This document shows, in pieces, positions 11,090-22,939 of a stretch of DNA of 40,091 nt. Each line of letters begins with the position of its first letter. Position 1 is the first letter of the stretch. The position numbers and the translations under genes were made by a program. The notes beneath the pieces were generated by a model. The model made no database searches. It was not told the DNA's origin and worked only from the letters and a program-made list of their open reading frames with translations. This DNA comes from Nemertoderma westbladi (taxonomy: Eukaryota > Animalia > Xenacoelomorpha): contig JAUCBJ010006571.1 of NCBI GenBank assembly GCA_032718475.1, positions 1-40,091 of the forward strand, in the 5' to 3' direction.

Positions 11090-11490
11090 CAGAGGCGTAG
11101 CGAAGGGGAAGAATGTTCCCCCGGGCGCACTCACCCAGGGGCGCTGAAATGTCAGGGAAAATGTCAGGGAATTCTGGTAAAAATAGGACAAATCAGTGAA
11201 AATTCAGGGATTGTGATACAGTATTTACAGGACATGTGTCATAAGCGAAAAAATTTGGAAAAATTTTCTCTGCTCGCTTCGCTAGCCATTCTATATATTA
11301 TAAGCGCACTACTACTGTATATCAAACTTGTGTAAAATATATTTGATATAGTTACAGTATACTGTTATATATATAATATTTAAGAAAACAACGTCATAAA
11401 GAAAAGTTAAAAATTATTGAAGGTAGGGGGGGGGGGGGAGGCATCTCATCTTTATTCCCTTGGGCGCCAGAAGGGTTCGCTACTCCTCTG
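11090..11490. mobile_element. hAT-type MITE, 401 bp
   Basis: TIRs CAGAGGCGTAGCGAA / TTCGCTACTCCTCTG; 8-bp TSD GCTGAGTC / GCTGGGTC (7 of 8). Confidence 0.82.
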
Positions 11491-12611
11491 GCTGGGTCTT
11501 CCATTGAATTTGCGGATCCTTATTATATCGGCCAATGAAATAAAGTTAAAAAAAATATTGAAAAATTTGGAATTTTTTATAAAAATCCCGTTACTAAAAA
11601 TCCAACTAACTCCTATACAAGAAGGATGTGGCATCAGCAATGCTCATAGCAACAAAGATCTACTTCAGCAAAATCTCGATGGAGTCAGCAGAACGATCTG
11701 TTGTTAATCCATCATATGGTTGGGTGCTCAATCAAAACTCGAACTTAGACCATATCCACCGCACCAGAGCTTTATATAGGTAGAGATATTCTTCGGCGTG
11801 AGTAAATGGGTCCTCAACTGAAATGTCATCGATAACCATCGGGATTGTGGTGGGATTAATATATCTGGACTAAGTAAGAGGCAGGAGGCCGGATTTAGAT
11901 TGTGGGAGGCCCTAGGCCATAACTTTATGGGAGGCCCCCTAATAAACTTTTTTAAGGGGGGGGGGGGGGGGGGGGGGGGGGGGTAGTCCTTCCGGCTTAG
12001 ATAAATCTATTTAGTTCTCAAGTTATAATGGAATCTATGTCTGCCAATTTGTCCGCCAAAATGTAACCGAGAAACTAGCCATATAGAAAATCCCCGTAAT
12101 GAAAATGTTAGCTCGGTGGTAGGGAGTTGAGGCGGCGCAAACGTAACAATAAGCCGGCATAGCATTATTAATGCACGCTACTATGAAGGATGTCAAATAT
12201 AGATTGATATACTTGATAAATCAGACATAAACTGTCTTATTTATTAACTAGAGAGCTGTTTATTTGGATTCAAAATCGGCTGTTATTAGATCTAGTTTCT
12301 ATTCTTGCCAAGAATAGAAATCTTCGCCCGCCCATTAATTCTAATATATTCCTCTACCGTAACTGACGGTAACGGTAACTTTATCTGATATGCGAAGAAT
12401 AATTATTCGTTAACGGAAATAATACCGGTGTTCTGCTAGATTAGCATTAAGTACTATTAATATCGATTATTGGTCCTCTGCATATAAAAACTTGTTAATT
12501 ACAATTTACAAAATAAAAAATTATTTCCAGTAAAAATATTGAATTCAGTTTAAGAGTCAGACAATCACTATTCATAGATTATTGCACTCATTTACGATCG
12601 AGTTAATAAAC

Positions 12612-13690
12612 TCAACTGAACGGATTGGGGAAGGCGAACTGTTCTAGGTGTAACATCTGGGTGAGGACCCCGGTGTAAATGAGTTCGGGATAGTAAACCC
12701 CGACGCCCCGACGGATGGACTCCCCCAACAACTTCCCGTAATCCGCATCGCAAGAGATGATCGCGCAAATTATCGACCGTTTAGTTGCGGAGCGGGGCGC
12801 CACAGGCAGGGCGTCCAGCATGACGCCCCCAGCGGCCTCCACGATACCCCTTATATAAACCGCGGAGGGCCGCACCCCCGCCGTCACGTAGAACCCCATC
12901 CCGTCCAGCAGCCGCTTACCCGAGGCGCGACCACTGGCCTCCTCCACGGTGCACCCGTACTGCGCCTCCGCCGCGGGGTCCCGCAGCAGGAAGCGCTCCT
13001 CGGGAACGCGTCCACTCTGAGCCGCCTCGCACGCCTCCAGCCACGACGGGGTCACGACGAACCGACAACTCGAGATACAAGTCATAAACTTAACAGTCCG
13101 AACAACTCGATCGGCTACCAGATGAGTGGCGTCGGCAGCGCGTGCAGCCAACGCGAAACCTAACCTAGAGATCGCGTGCTTAACACGACCGCTAGTCGCC
13201 TCATCGACTCCGGTAATCACGATTCGCACGTCGGACGCAACGCCCGAACGTGGCGATGCCCGGGCACTACCCCCATTATTGCTCTTTAACCGTTTGCACG
13301 GCGGTCTCGTTGATTCCTCCCCGTTGTTGTTAAAGAGACGGAGATCGTAAGCGGCGCAGTAGCGATCGTACTCGGAGCGCGACACGCGTATCGGATTGGT
13401 CCAGGGACCCATGAACGCACCCATCATACGGGTGTCCACGAGGAAGGGGTCCGGATGGGTGTAGGTCTGGTAGCGTTGGTGCGAGTGCTGACTCAGGGGT
13501 TCCACCCGCCCGTGTAGCAGGTCGCACAGCCACTGCAGGTTGACCACAGGGACCCGCCACTCGATGGCTTTGCTGTACTTGAGGCCCTCCTTGTTGAGGC
13601 TGATCAGCACCGTATTCTGTTTGCTGAAGTAGCCGGTGTAGAGCGCGCCGACCTGCATTACCATAAGTTTAACTCTTTCGCGGTCTTGAC
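12612..13690 (-). CDS. PAXIP1: PAXIP1/PTIP exon 3 (rest of BRCT4, BRCT5-6, stop)
   Basis: Acceptor TTTTAG ends at 13691, phase 1 compatible with exon 2 (GFQG|QDRERVKLM). GALYTGYFSKQNTVLI, KYSKAIEWRVPVVNLQWL, IVITG and THLVADRVVRTVKF match PTIP BRCT repeats. Confidence 0.93.
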
Positions 13691-15610
13691 CTAAAATATT
13701 AATTATAATTTATTAATTAGATATTGGTCACCAATCAACGGCTTTTTCCAATAAATTAAATGTTTTTTTCACAATTTTTTTGTCACTCGAATATAATATA
13801 TTAATTTTCACTAAAATGTATTTTATTCTTAAATTGTTACTTTTTCGCTCGAATTTACTCCAAAATCGGGAGAAAAAGTTGCACTTTTTCCCCTAGGGAA
13901 AAAAAGTAACCCATAGGATTGCATTGATTTTACTTTCTTTCCCGGCTAAAAAAGTAAAATAAAATATTTTTTGTGGAATTTCTTAAATAGTACTACATGT
14001 TTTGTAAGATCATCGACGTAGAAAAGGTTTGCAAGTAATTTGAGCAAAATCCATTCAAACGCTCAAAAGTTATGCAACTTTAGTGTCTGCCCCGCGTGGC
14101 GAACTCCAAAACGGAACACAATATCCAATATTGGTTTATGTAGTTAAGCGGCTCTCTAGTTACGTAATAAATATTCGAGAACACTAAATTATTTAACATT
14201 GAGTTAAGGCAGCATCAGGAGTTGAAGAGTAGAATAATTGGAATCGCAGTAACTATGGAAGCAATATAGTAAAATATTGCAGTTAAATTTATTTTGTACC
14301 ACTCCAAAGTATATCACTCTATGTTTTATTAAAGAATTGAGAAACAACAAAAAATACCAATTTAAGAATACAATTACGTATTACATGGGGAAATAACGTA
14401 GAACATATTTTTTTCAATATAATTTTCGACCATTTATTATCCTCGCTGACGTCAGGTAAATAAAATACCTCGAGAATAGAGAAAAAAAGTAATACTTTTT
14501 TCCCATTGAATAAATAATTATTTTTATCGCCAAAAAAATGTAACCTGTTCTAATGACGTTAGTTTATTGTTTTGGTTAGAATAAAGTGCCACTGTGACTG
14601 ATCCTTTCCTTTAATAATTGATAATTAATATATTTATAGCGGAAACTGAATGTTTGGGTGATTTTTGACGCCCTTTGATTAATATTATAAATGATTTGTT
14701 GGTGTTGGTATTATTAAATATTAAATAAATTAATATACCATAAACAATGCCACTATTGCTTATTTATTTAACCATCGGCGCTTTTTGCCACCACGAAAAT
14801 AATGTCAGATATTAAAGATAATTCAATAAACTTTAGACTCATACACTCATAGTTGATACAGTTATAAGAACACGAGGCTCGAATTCGCGAAAAAATTAAG
14901 AACATTCTAAGAACAACTTGAGGCTCAGATTCCACAAAGTGAGTTAAGTAAAATTGATAAGCCCCAGATGCAGAGAAATCAAATATTGTACTGGCAGTTC
15001 CATAGTCTGACATTTAGTGTTACAGTATACCCCTACTGTAAATGTTTCAGTTTCATTACACCTGTAGACCTACTGCAGTACTGTACCTACAGTACTGTAC
15101 TGTAGTTCACTAACAACAGCTGAACAGTACTGCAGTAGGCCTACTGTAATCAGACAATGTATGATACTTACAGTACAGTATGCCTACTGTAATGCAAGAA
15201 CAGTTTAAGAACATTTGGGGCTGAAAGTTCGAGATATTTTAAGAACATGAGGCTCGGCAAAATTCTACTGGAAAAAAAGAATAAAGGAAAAAAAGTGTAT
15301 TTACTTGAGGTTAATTCCTTCACTCTAATGGAGTAATTAGGGTGATACCGGTAGCTTACCAAGGCTGATTAGTGATTCTGATTATAATATTATAGTGAAT
15401 ATAGCGAATATTATATATTGATCTATTGGCGGGGAGGTAACCGAGACGACCTTAAAAGAACTTCAAGTTTCAGGTTAAGTTTTCAGGCCAATAGCTCATA
15501 CGTTTTCACCTGAAACAGTCTTGCTCCATCAGTCAATTAAAAATAACCCAATATTGTGTGGATTTGTTATTTAGTCCTGGAAAAAGTAACATAAGTAAAT
15601 ATAAACTGAC

Positions 15611-16727
15611 CCTGGAATCCGCATATGGCGATAATGTGATTGCGACAGGGGCCGTGTTCGGGGGAGAATGGGGGCGGGAAGTGGAGCGCGTGCGAGGGAG
15701 GCGTCATCAGTCGGCAGGATAGACAATCGTTGAGCCAATGAGCCGTGACCAATCGCTTACCGTCCGCGAGAGCTTGGCGGACTACCGGGGAGGTCTGGTT
15801 GGCGCAGACAACGTGCGTGACGCGAGCGGAATAGACGGAGACCGTCTCGCCGCAGTGAGCCCGCACCGTCCGACACCAGGACTCCAACTGGCTCGGCTCG
15901 ATGAGACAGGGGTAGTCGACGAGGAGGAATACGCAGGCCATGAGACAGCCCTCGGGGGGCACGGGGGGCTGATGGGCGAGGTAGACGGGGGGACTGGGGG
16001 GCGCGGGCGGCTGGGGGGCGCTCTTAGGTAGGATGGAAGGACAAGCGGTATCCACTGCACTCTTAGGGCTTTTAGCGGTGGAGCGGTTCAACTTCTTCTT
16101 CTTTACGACTTTGTTCTTCATGGCCTCCAACGCCTCCGCTATCCTCCTATCGTCTGCATCTTTCTCGCTCACCGCAATCTGCCTCTGCCTCTCCCGTTCT
16201 TCCTTCTCCTCCCGAATCTTCCGCTCCTCTTCTTCTCTTAACCCCGTTTCCAACTCCTCTTTAACTTTCTCTTCTCTCAACTTTTTCTCGATTTTCTCCA
16301 ACTCTATCTCGACCTCGGCTTCCTGCTCGGCTTTCATATCGACTTCATCGAGAAGCAGATCTACGTCGTAGTCGCACTCCGGGAGCTTCTGACCGGATTC
16401 TACGGAATCCTCCACCCAATCCGGTGTAACCATGGCGACGGCCCCGTCGCCACGCAAGGCAACACAACGCTGGTACTCCGCGCCGCGTTTCACACCGCAG
16501 ACGACGTGCGTTGCCCCTGGCGACCCGGGCGGCACGCAACTGCCCCCGAAGTAGGTTATCATCGCCCACAGTTTATCACGGTCCGTAGAAGTTGTTCCGG
16601 CTAGATGGGCCGCGACACCGGAGAACAGCTGGTCGGAATCCGGCCGGAAGGCAGCGAGCGGCAGCCGGCGACAGGCGCGGGCTGATAGAGTGGCCCAGCG
16701 GGAGGTCACCACTGGTACGTCGTGCAC
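15611..16727 (-). CDS. PAXIP1: PAXIP1/PTIP exon 2 (end of BRCT1, BRCT2, linker, BRCT3, start of BRCT4)
   Basis: Acceptor TTTTTAG ends at 16728, donor GTCAGT starts at 15610. DRDKLWAMITYFGG, VTPDWVEDSV, PPEGCLMACVFLLVDYP and TAHWLNDCL..PPSHALHFP match PTIP. Confidence 0.93.
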
Positions 16728-17473
16728 CTAAAAATAAACAGATGGGTAAGAAATAACAACCAAACCGAAAATTGTTTAAATTTCTATATGACAAGGCCTA
16801 AATTAATATTTTAAGGTAAATTAATACAGTAATACCAATAATTACAAATTAAGGGTGTAAACTACAGAACTAGTGTTTAAAATTGATCAGATCAGGATCA
16901 AACTGTTCAGCATTTTAGGGATCGGGAGTTCTTAAAGTTATTAGTAGGCCTATATCCCTATACATACAGTTTTCTATGTGGATGTTGGTGTACGAAAGGG
17001 GTTTTGGACAACACAATAATGATTTAGGCGGCACGCCCTACACAAATAAAATAAATAATTTATAAATAAAATATTTGTACAGTACCAGTGAACCAGTCAG
17101 TACTATAGTCTGATAGTGTGATAAAATGATAGAAAAAAATAATTTATAGTTGATTACAGGTTACAGGATGGTTTACTGAAGTATACTTATACACAACAGC
17201 ACAAGCTGACAAGGCACAACACAAGGCTGCAAGGGCACTAAAATAATTTACCAAATTAAAAAAAAGAATATTAACAATCAAATAAAAAGTAGGCCTATGA
17301 CAGTAGGCCTATGGGCTATGGCATGGCTGTCTGGCTGTAAAAGCAGAAGGGGCAACATAGATCAGTAAAAATTAAAAAGAAGCCCATTGCATTGCACTGG
17401 CTGATTGATGTCTGCCTGTCAGAATAGGCTGATAGGTATATTTTAAAATTCTGAACTTAAATTACAGAATTAC

Positions 17474-17695
17474 CTCCCGCAACTCTGACAGTTGCTCGTG
17501 GTTGGGGTCGTCGCAGATCCCGTGTGTCGCGAACGTGAGGTAACTCTCCTCGGAAGCGCCGTGTCTCCTGAGCAACTCATCTATATCGCTCGAGATTGAG
17601 CCCAAAATGTAGAACTTGACACCGGTAAATATTGGTTCGGTTACGGTATCTGTATGTGAAGAAATGTCATCTGTTAATTCAGTAGCCGCGGCCAT
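17474..17695 (-). CDS. PAXIP1: PAXIP1/PTIP coding exon 1 (BRCT1 N-part)
   Basis: ATG at 17695; IFTGVKFYILG..ASEESY..ATHGICDD..ELRE resembles the PTIP N-terminus; phase-0 donor GTAATT at 17473. Joined CDS 222+1117+1079 = 2418 nt, 805 aa. Confidence 0.9.
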
Positions 17696-18719
17696 AATCT
17701 GATCATGGGTTAGTCAGTTAGTGGTTAGTTACAGTACGGTACCGGTCTGCCGGTACTTAGTACAGTAGTACTGTAGTACAGTATGCAGGGCAGGTATGCA
17801 GAAGGCTACTCTGGTGTCAGTGCAGCAGTGCCTTGCCTCAGCCAGTCAGCTAAAGAGTTCACTGGGCCGATCACCGATGTTCAATGTTGTGATGCGATAG
17901 CCTACCGAACCGGGTACAGGGGTAACCTACAGAAATTCTTCATACCACCAATCCCAATCCACCATAACTGCCATACCAGCATACAGCCATATAAACTATA
18001 AATATATACACATACTGACACCACATACAGACATACTGCTGTCCTGCAGTACTGATAGCACATAGCTGCATACAGGCATAGGCCTACCCACCGCGATACT
18101 GCGGCTTGGTTGCTCCCTTTCTCATTTTATTCCATTTCTGAACAACTTATTACAATAGAATTCTTAATGCAGCTGCTTCGAGCATGCCGATTATACAGTA
18201 GATAGATAAATTGAAGATGAAGAATAATCAGGGGGGGGGGGGGGGGGGGGCTTGCCCCCTCCCTAGCGAAAGGTAATGTGGCAAATCCGTACCAGTGGGT
18301 ACCGACTTTTGCTCGACGAAAACGACGAACTGTAGCTTGTTTCCGAAACGTCTTCTGTCGCAGTGGCGTGCAGAAGGGGGTGGGGGGGGGGGGGGGGGGG
18401 GGGAGGGACGGCCCCGGGCGCCACCTTCCAAGGGGCGCCAAAATTTGAACAGCAGTGGCATCATAGCCAGCTGATAGTATAATGGTGGTTCCAAGTTTGG
18501 CTTATTGATGCTAGAAATTTAGTCAATTCACCATACAAACATAGTAGTTTGCTTCTGTATTGGTTGCATCGCCGCGTTCAGCACTGTCCACATTGCACAT
18601 GTGAAGGTGTCACTGGTGAGAAGGTAGATGTCTCCAGCAATTGGTCCATGGTTTGGTCACTGGAAATATCTCCATTGGTAAGTTCAGTGGCTTGGTGGTT
18701 TAAGGCATGTGTAAGTAAA

Positions 18720-19534
18720 TGTGGCTGTGAAAGCGAAAAGGTACCTTAAGGTGAAAATGAGGTTTTGAGTTAGATATTGCATGTGATTGGCCAACATCTC
18801 AGCTCTCTAATGAGCTATAAATCATCCTGATTGGAAGAAGTACATCAAGAGTTATTAGAATTTAAGTATTGGCAAGACAACCAGATGGAAAATATACTAT
18901 TATGAGTAAATCGCATTTAAAGTTTTTGTTGTATTTTAATAGTCGTAGAGGGATTACTTACAAAATATCTTGAAAGTGAGTTTGCTAAATTGGAGTGGGG
19001 CGGGGGTTGTGTTGTGATGTTGAGGCTTGAGGGGCAAAATGTGTAACAGGAATGTGCATTAGCAAACTAATGAACAACTATGCGGCCTTTTTTTTCTAGC
19101 CTGGGACTTCGAGCAGCACGTGAACAACTATGCTGGGTTTTTATCTAGTCTGGGACTCCGAGCAGTACAGCCTAAGAGACCGATTGACAAGCAAACATAT
19201 TGAAAATAACTGGAAGACAGTTTTCTATTGGAATAATAAGGCATATAAATTAATTTATAAGAGTAAATCTACATAGAACACCATAATATCTATTGGGAAT
19301 GAAATTTAAGTTTCAAAACTTCTGACAACCCTCAATCAAAGCTGACTATCTCCAAAACTAAGCTAGCTGTTAACATACCGTTAACAGATTTGGATTCCTC
19401 ATTAAAAACTGCATATATCACATTGAAAATAAAAAAATTGAAAATTTTGACTTGAAAATTTGATTTTTCTTTAAATGCGATTTTCTCAAAACGTCATTTT
19501 CACCTTAAGGTACCTTTTCGCTTTCACCGCCACA
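18720..19534. mobile_element. Non-autonomous DNA transposon (MITE) with about 50-bp TIRs
   Basis: TGTGGCTGTGAAAGCGAAAAGGTACCTTAAGGTGAAAATGAGGTTTTGAG is the reverse complement (2 mismatches) of CTCAAAACGTCATTTTCACCTTAAGGTACCTTTTCGCTTTCACCGCCACA. Superfamily and TSD not clear. Confidence 0.85.
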
Positions 19535-20169
19535 AATTTGAGCAGTAAATTCCTTAATACAATATAATTTTGCAATTAAAATAGTCTGAATTCATAATTT
19601 TCAACCGGGTTAAAAATACAAATAATGGCCCATTGCATTTAAGTCAAATTAAACTCAGTCTGTCATTTAATTACTTCAATATTTCCCACTACCACACATG
19701 TTATGAAAGTTTGTGCGGCTAAAAATACTAAAGTTAATTTTTTGCCTCTTAAATAATTAAATATAAGATAATTATTTTTATTGCGCAGAACACCATCTCC
19801 ATACCGAAACCTAACTAACCAAAACAATAAACGATATCATTACAAATTAATGGAAAGGAATGCCACACACGTTGCGTCTCTCCTCCACATCTTTGGAACG
19901 ATACGTTTTAAATAATTAGATAATTAGAGTAGACGGGTTTAGACAAAGTTGTTGGGAATGTTTTTTTTGAACGATTTAAAGCTGGCGTTTATAAACGTGT
20001 CCAGATTGGACTCCAATGCCTGCGTGGAGCCATTTACAAGTCCGAAAAATTGACCTCAGCAAATTAAATATTTTGCCCCCCAAGCAAAATCCTAGTTATC
20101 CTAGTAATAATCCCTATTTACCTACCGCTCGCCCATAATCCTGTGCCTGTCCCTGTGATATCCTACAGT

Positions 20170-21090
20170 GAAATCTGAAAAAGGTGGACTGGACAGTCCA
20201 ACATTAAAGGTCATGAATTCGGTCTTGGTAGCCTTTATATGCAACTCAATCTCCTTAGCAGCCCCTCTCCACTTTATTCAGTAAAAGCTGTGCATCTGCT
20301 AGCGTATTATAGAGCAGGGCGATCTCATCCGCAAAGTCGGTGTCTGTGACTGTAGTTGCCGGATATCTACTACTTCTGCGTTCTTGAACTGTGAATCCCA
20401 GATCTTCACCCTTTGTGGCCGTCCTCATTGCGTAATCCAGCACAATTACAAATAGTAATGGTGCTAATGTGTCACCTTGCAGTACGCCAGCCAGGATTGA
20501 GAAAAACTCAGTTTCACCATCTGGTGAGAGTACCTGCGCTTCTGTGTCACAATATAACAATCCAATGCCAGCAACAATTACTTCTGGTATTCCATAAGCT
20601 CTTGGGATTTCAAGCATTTTACCTCTATGGATGGAGTCGAATGCCTTCTTGAAGTCCACAAAAGTCATGACAGCGGGGAGATTCTTTGACTTAATTCCTT
20701 CAATCAGTCTCCGTAGAGCAAGTATCTGAGCTATTGTTGATCTACTTGGTCGAAATCCGTTTTGGCTCTTACGCAGCAGCATCAGTTTCTCTATAAACTT
20801 AGGTTTTGGATTAACCGGAACGATGTCATGCCTTTATTAATCCTGTATATAGAATCATTTTATTGTATATTTTGGCAGCTACTGTACCACAAGCAGACAG
20901 ATCCCACGATAGTTTGTTGGTATGCCGAGGTCTCCTTTCTTGGGGAGAGGCTTTAGTTGACCTTTAGTCCAAATTGGTGTTGGCTTTTCAACTTTCAGCG
21001 TCCGGTTGCAAACATCCAATAATGGTCTGTTCGCCACTCGTGTTTTCCATACCTCTGCAGGTTGATTTGATATCCAAGTCCAAGCCAAAT
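20170..21090 (-). pseudogene. RTE-like LINE RT fragment
   Basis: PLPKKGDL..NYRGICL, QNGFRPSRSTIAQILALRRLIE, FVDFKKAFDSI, GVLQGDTLAP, DFADEIALL; frameshifts and stops. Confidence 0.88.
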
Positions 21091-21350
21091 GTTTCTAGGT
21101 TAAGTTTAGTCCAAACCTTTTATAACCAAATATCAGATATTTTAGCTAATGTAATTTCCAAATGTTTTGGTCCAGATTCGATAACAAAAACCCGTTTCAG
21201 CCAAAATTCTAGTAAAAAGGTAGCGATATTAGGCGCGATTATTTAAATTAGGGCCGTATTAAAATTATTATTGTCTAAATATATAAGGATAATATGATTC
21301 GATGGCTTCATTTCAGTTCCGCTTATTTTTAGAGACTTTGCGGTAGCTGC

Positions 21351-21760
21351 TCACTTTTTTCCTGCGATTACCATCCAATTTGATTTGTCTGGATCAATAT
21401 TTAGGCTGAGATCACGAAGCGAGGCGATAATCCCGTCACACATTTTTTCAGCAGCTGAGGCAGTTGTGCTAATGAGCAGAATATCGTCCGCATATGAGAA
21501 GCTGCCGAGGGGAATATGGAAGATCTTACAGCCGAGGTTGTTATTATGTGCCTTTTCCATGACCTGTTGGATATAGAAATTGAATAATGGTGGTGAAATC
21601 AGTGATCCCTGTCTCAATCCTTTGTAGAGATTTATACCCACAGTATCGAGTTTGTTGTTTATTTTGATGAATGCTTTGGTGTTACTATAGTAATATAGTA
21701 ATAACCTCGCTATAAATGGATTAATAGGTGTTTCACTGATTAATTTGCTAAGCAGCTTAT
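21351..21760 (-). pseudogene. LINE RT fragment (different family)
   Basis: KGLRQGSLISPPLFN and FSYADDILL motifs. Confidence 0.8.
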
Positions 21761-21949
21761 GTATATCAAAGGATAAATATACTTAGGTATTTGCGGAGTT
21801 ATTAGCGCACTACTTAGGTAAAGGTTGGGTTTAATAGACGCATTGTGCACCAGCTTAGCCACTCACCTACTCAAAATAGGTGAGTAGTACTCACTTCCCA
21901 CTTTATTTGCCGGGTTAGGGACCATTATTGGGATTTAATTTTTCGGGGA

Positions 21950-22790
21950 ATCTCATTGATCTCGATTGCTGCAAAGCTATACACAATAGAATTCTATTAA
22001 ATCGCATCAGGGATCCCATTGAGAGACTGCTCTGTGGAAATCAGAATGGGTTCCGTAAAGGTCGTGGGAAGATGGAGCCCATTTTGGCACTTAGAAGGAT
22101 AATTGAAGAGTTATCAAAAAAGAAAGACAGGCATCTGGCTGTTATCTTTGTTGACTTCTTCAAGGCCTTTGATTCAGTCTCTCGCTCACGTATGTTCAGC
22201 ATACTTTCATTATATGGGATACCTGATGAAATTATTGCAGCAATCAGATCAGTATACGATGGTTCGACAACATTTGTGTTTACTGTTGACGGTGACACAG
22301 AACCATTTGAAGTGTTATGGGGAGTCCTCCAGGGAGACACACTTGTGCCATTCTTGTTCATAACAATAGGCTAGGTATATTAATAGTTATATTCATAACA
22401 TAGATCCAGTACTCCTCTATGGGAGTCCATGCTAGGCTCTAACTGCTGAGGACACCAAATCTCAGTATGGCACATTCACAAGAATGCTACGCCGGGTTCA
22501 TTGTGTCAAGTAGGCCTACAATGCACATATCTTCAACCAAACACTATATAACATTGGAGGTGTCCCATTGGTTCCCCCCAAGCTTGACAATAGAACAAAG
22601 TCGCCTCCGCTTTGCAGGACATTGCTTTCGCCGTGAGGACCAGCCATTGCATAATATTGTGGTTTGGAAGCCTCATGGAGTGAATAAGCATGGTGGACAG
22701 CCCATGACTTTCTTGAGACGCATCTTAAAGGACACTGGCCTTGAAGATGCGGATGATCTAGCAAATGTCATGGGTGATAGGGAGTTGTAG
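21950..22790 (+). pseudogene. RTE-like LINE fragment with internal deletion
   Basis: NQNGFRKGR..ILALRRIIEE..FVDFFKAFDSV..GVLQGDTLVP, then a jump to C-terminal RLRFAGHCFR; the ADD motif region is missing. Confidence 0.85.
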
Positions 22791-22939
22791 CGGTGCTATT
22801 TTTTCAATAAGCCGGCACAGCATTCTTAAAAATGCAGCTGCAATGCATCATGCCGACCCTAGTAGTAGTTATTTCATTTATTTTATATTAGTACATAAGT
22901 TATGTAATCGATTTTTCGCGCCTCCATAGGCAAACATAA

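Noticed and set aside
15738-16794. Short ORFs overlapping PAXIP1 exon 2 (and 13126-13560 in exon 3)
   Set aside because: Shadow ORFs caused by GC-rich coding sequence.
18127-18494. Poly-proline ORFs (also poly-Gly/Pro ORFs at 6194, 11417, 23968)
   Set aside because: Translations of G/C homopolymers in repeat fragments.
21780-21930. Possible SINE or ncRNA with hairpin CTCACCTA..TAGGTGAG
   Set aside because: No pol III A/B boxes or tRNA fold recognised; cannot be supported without a search.
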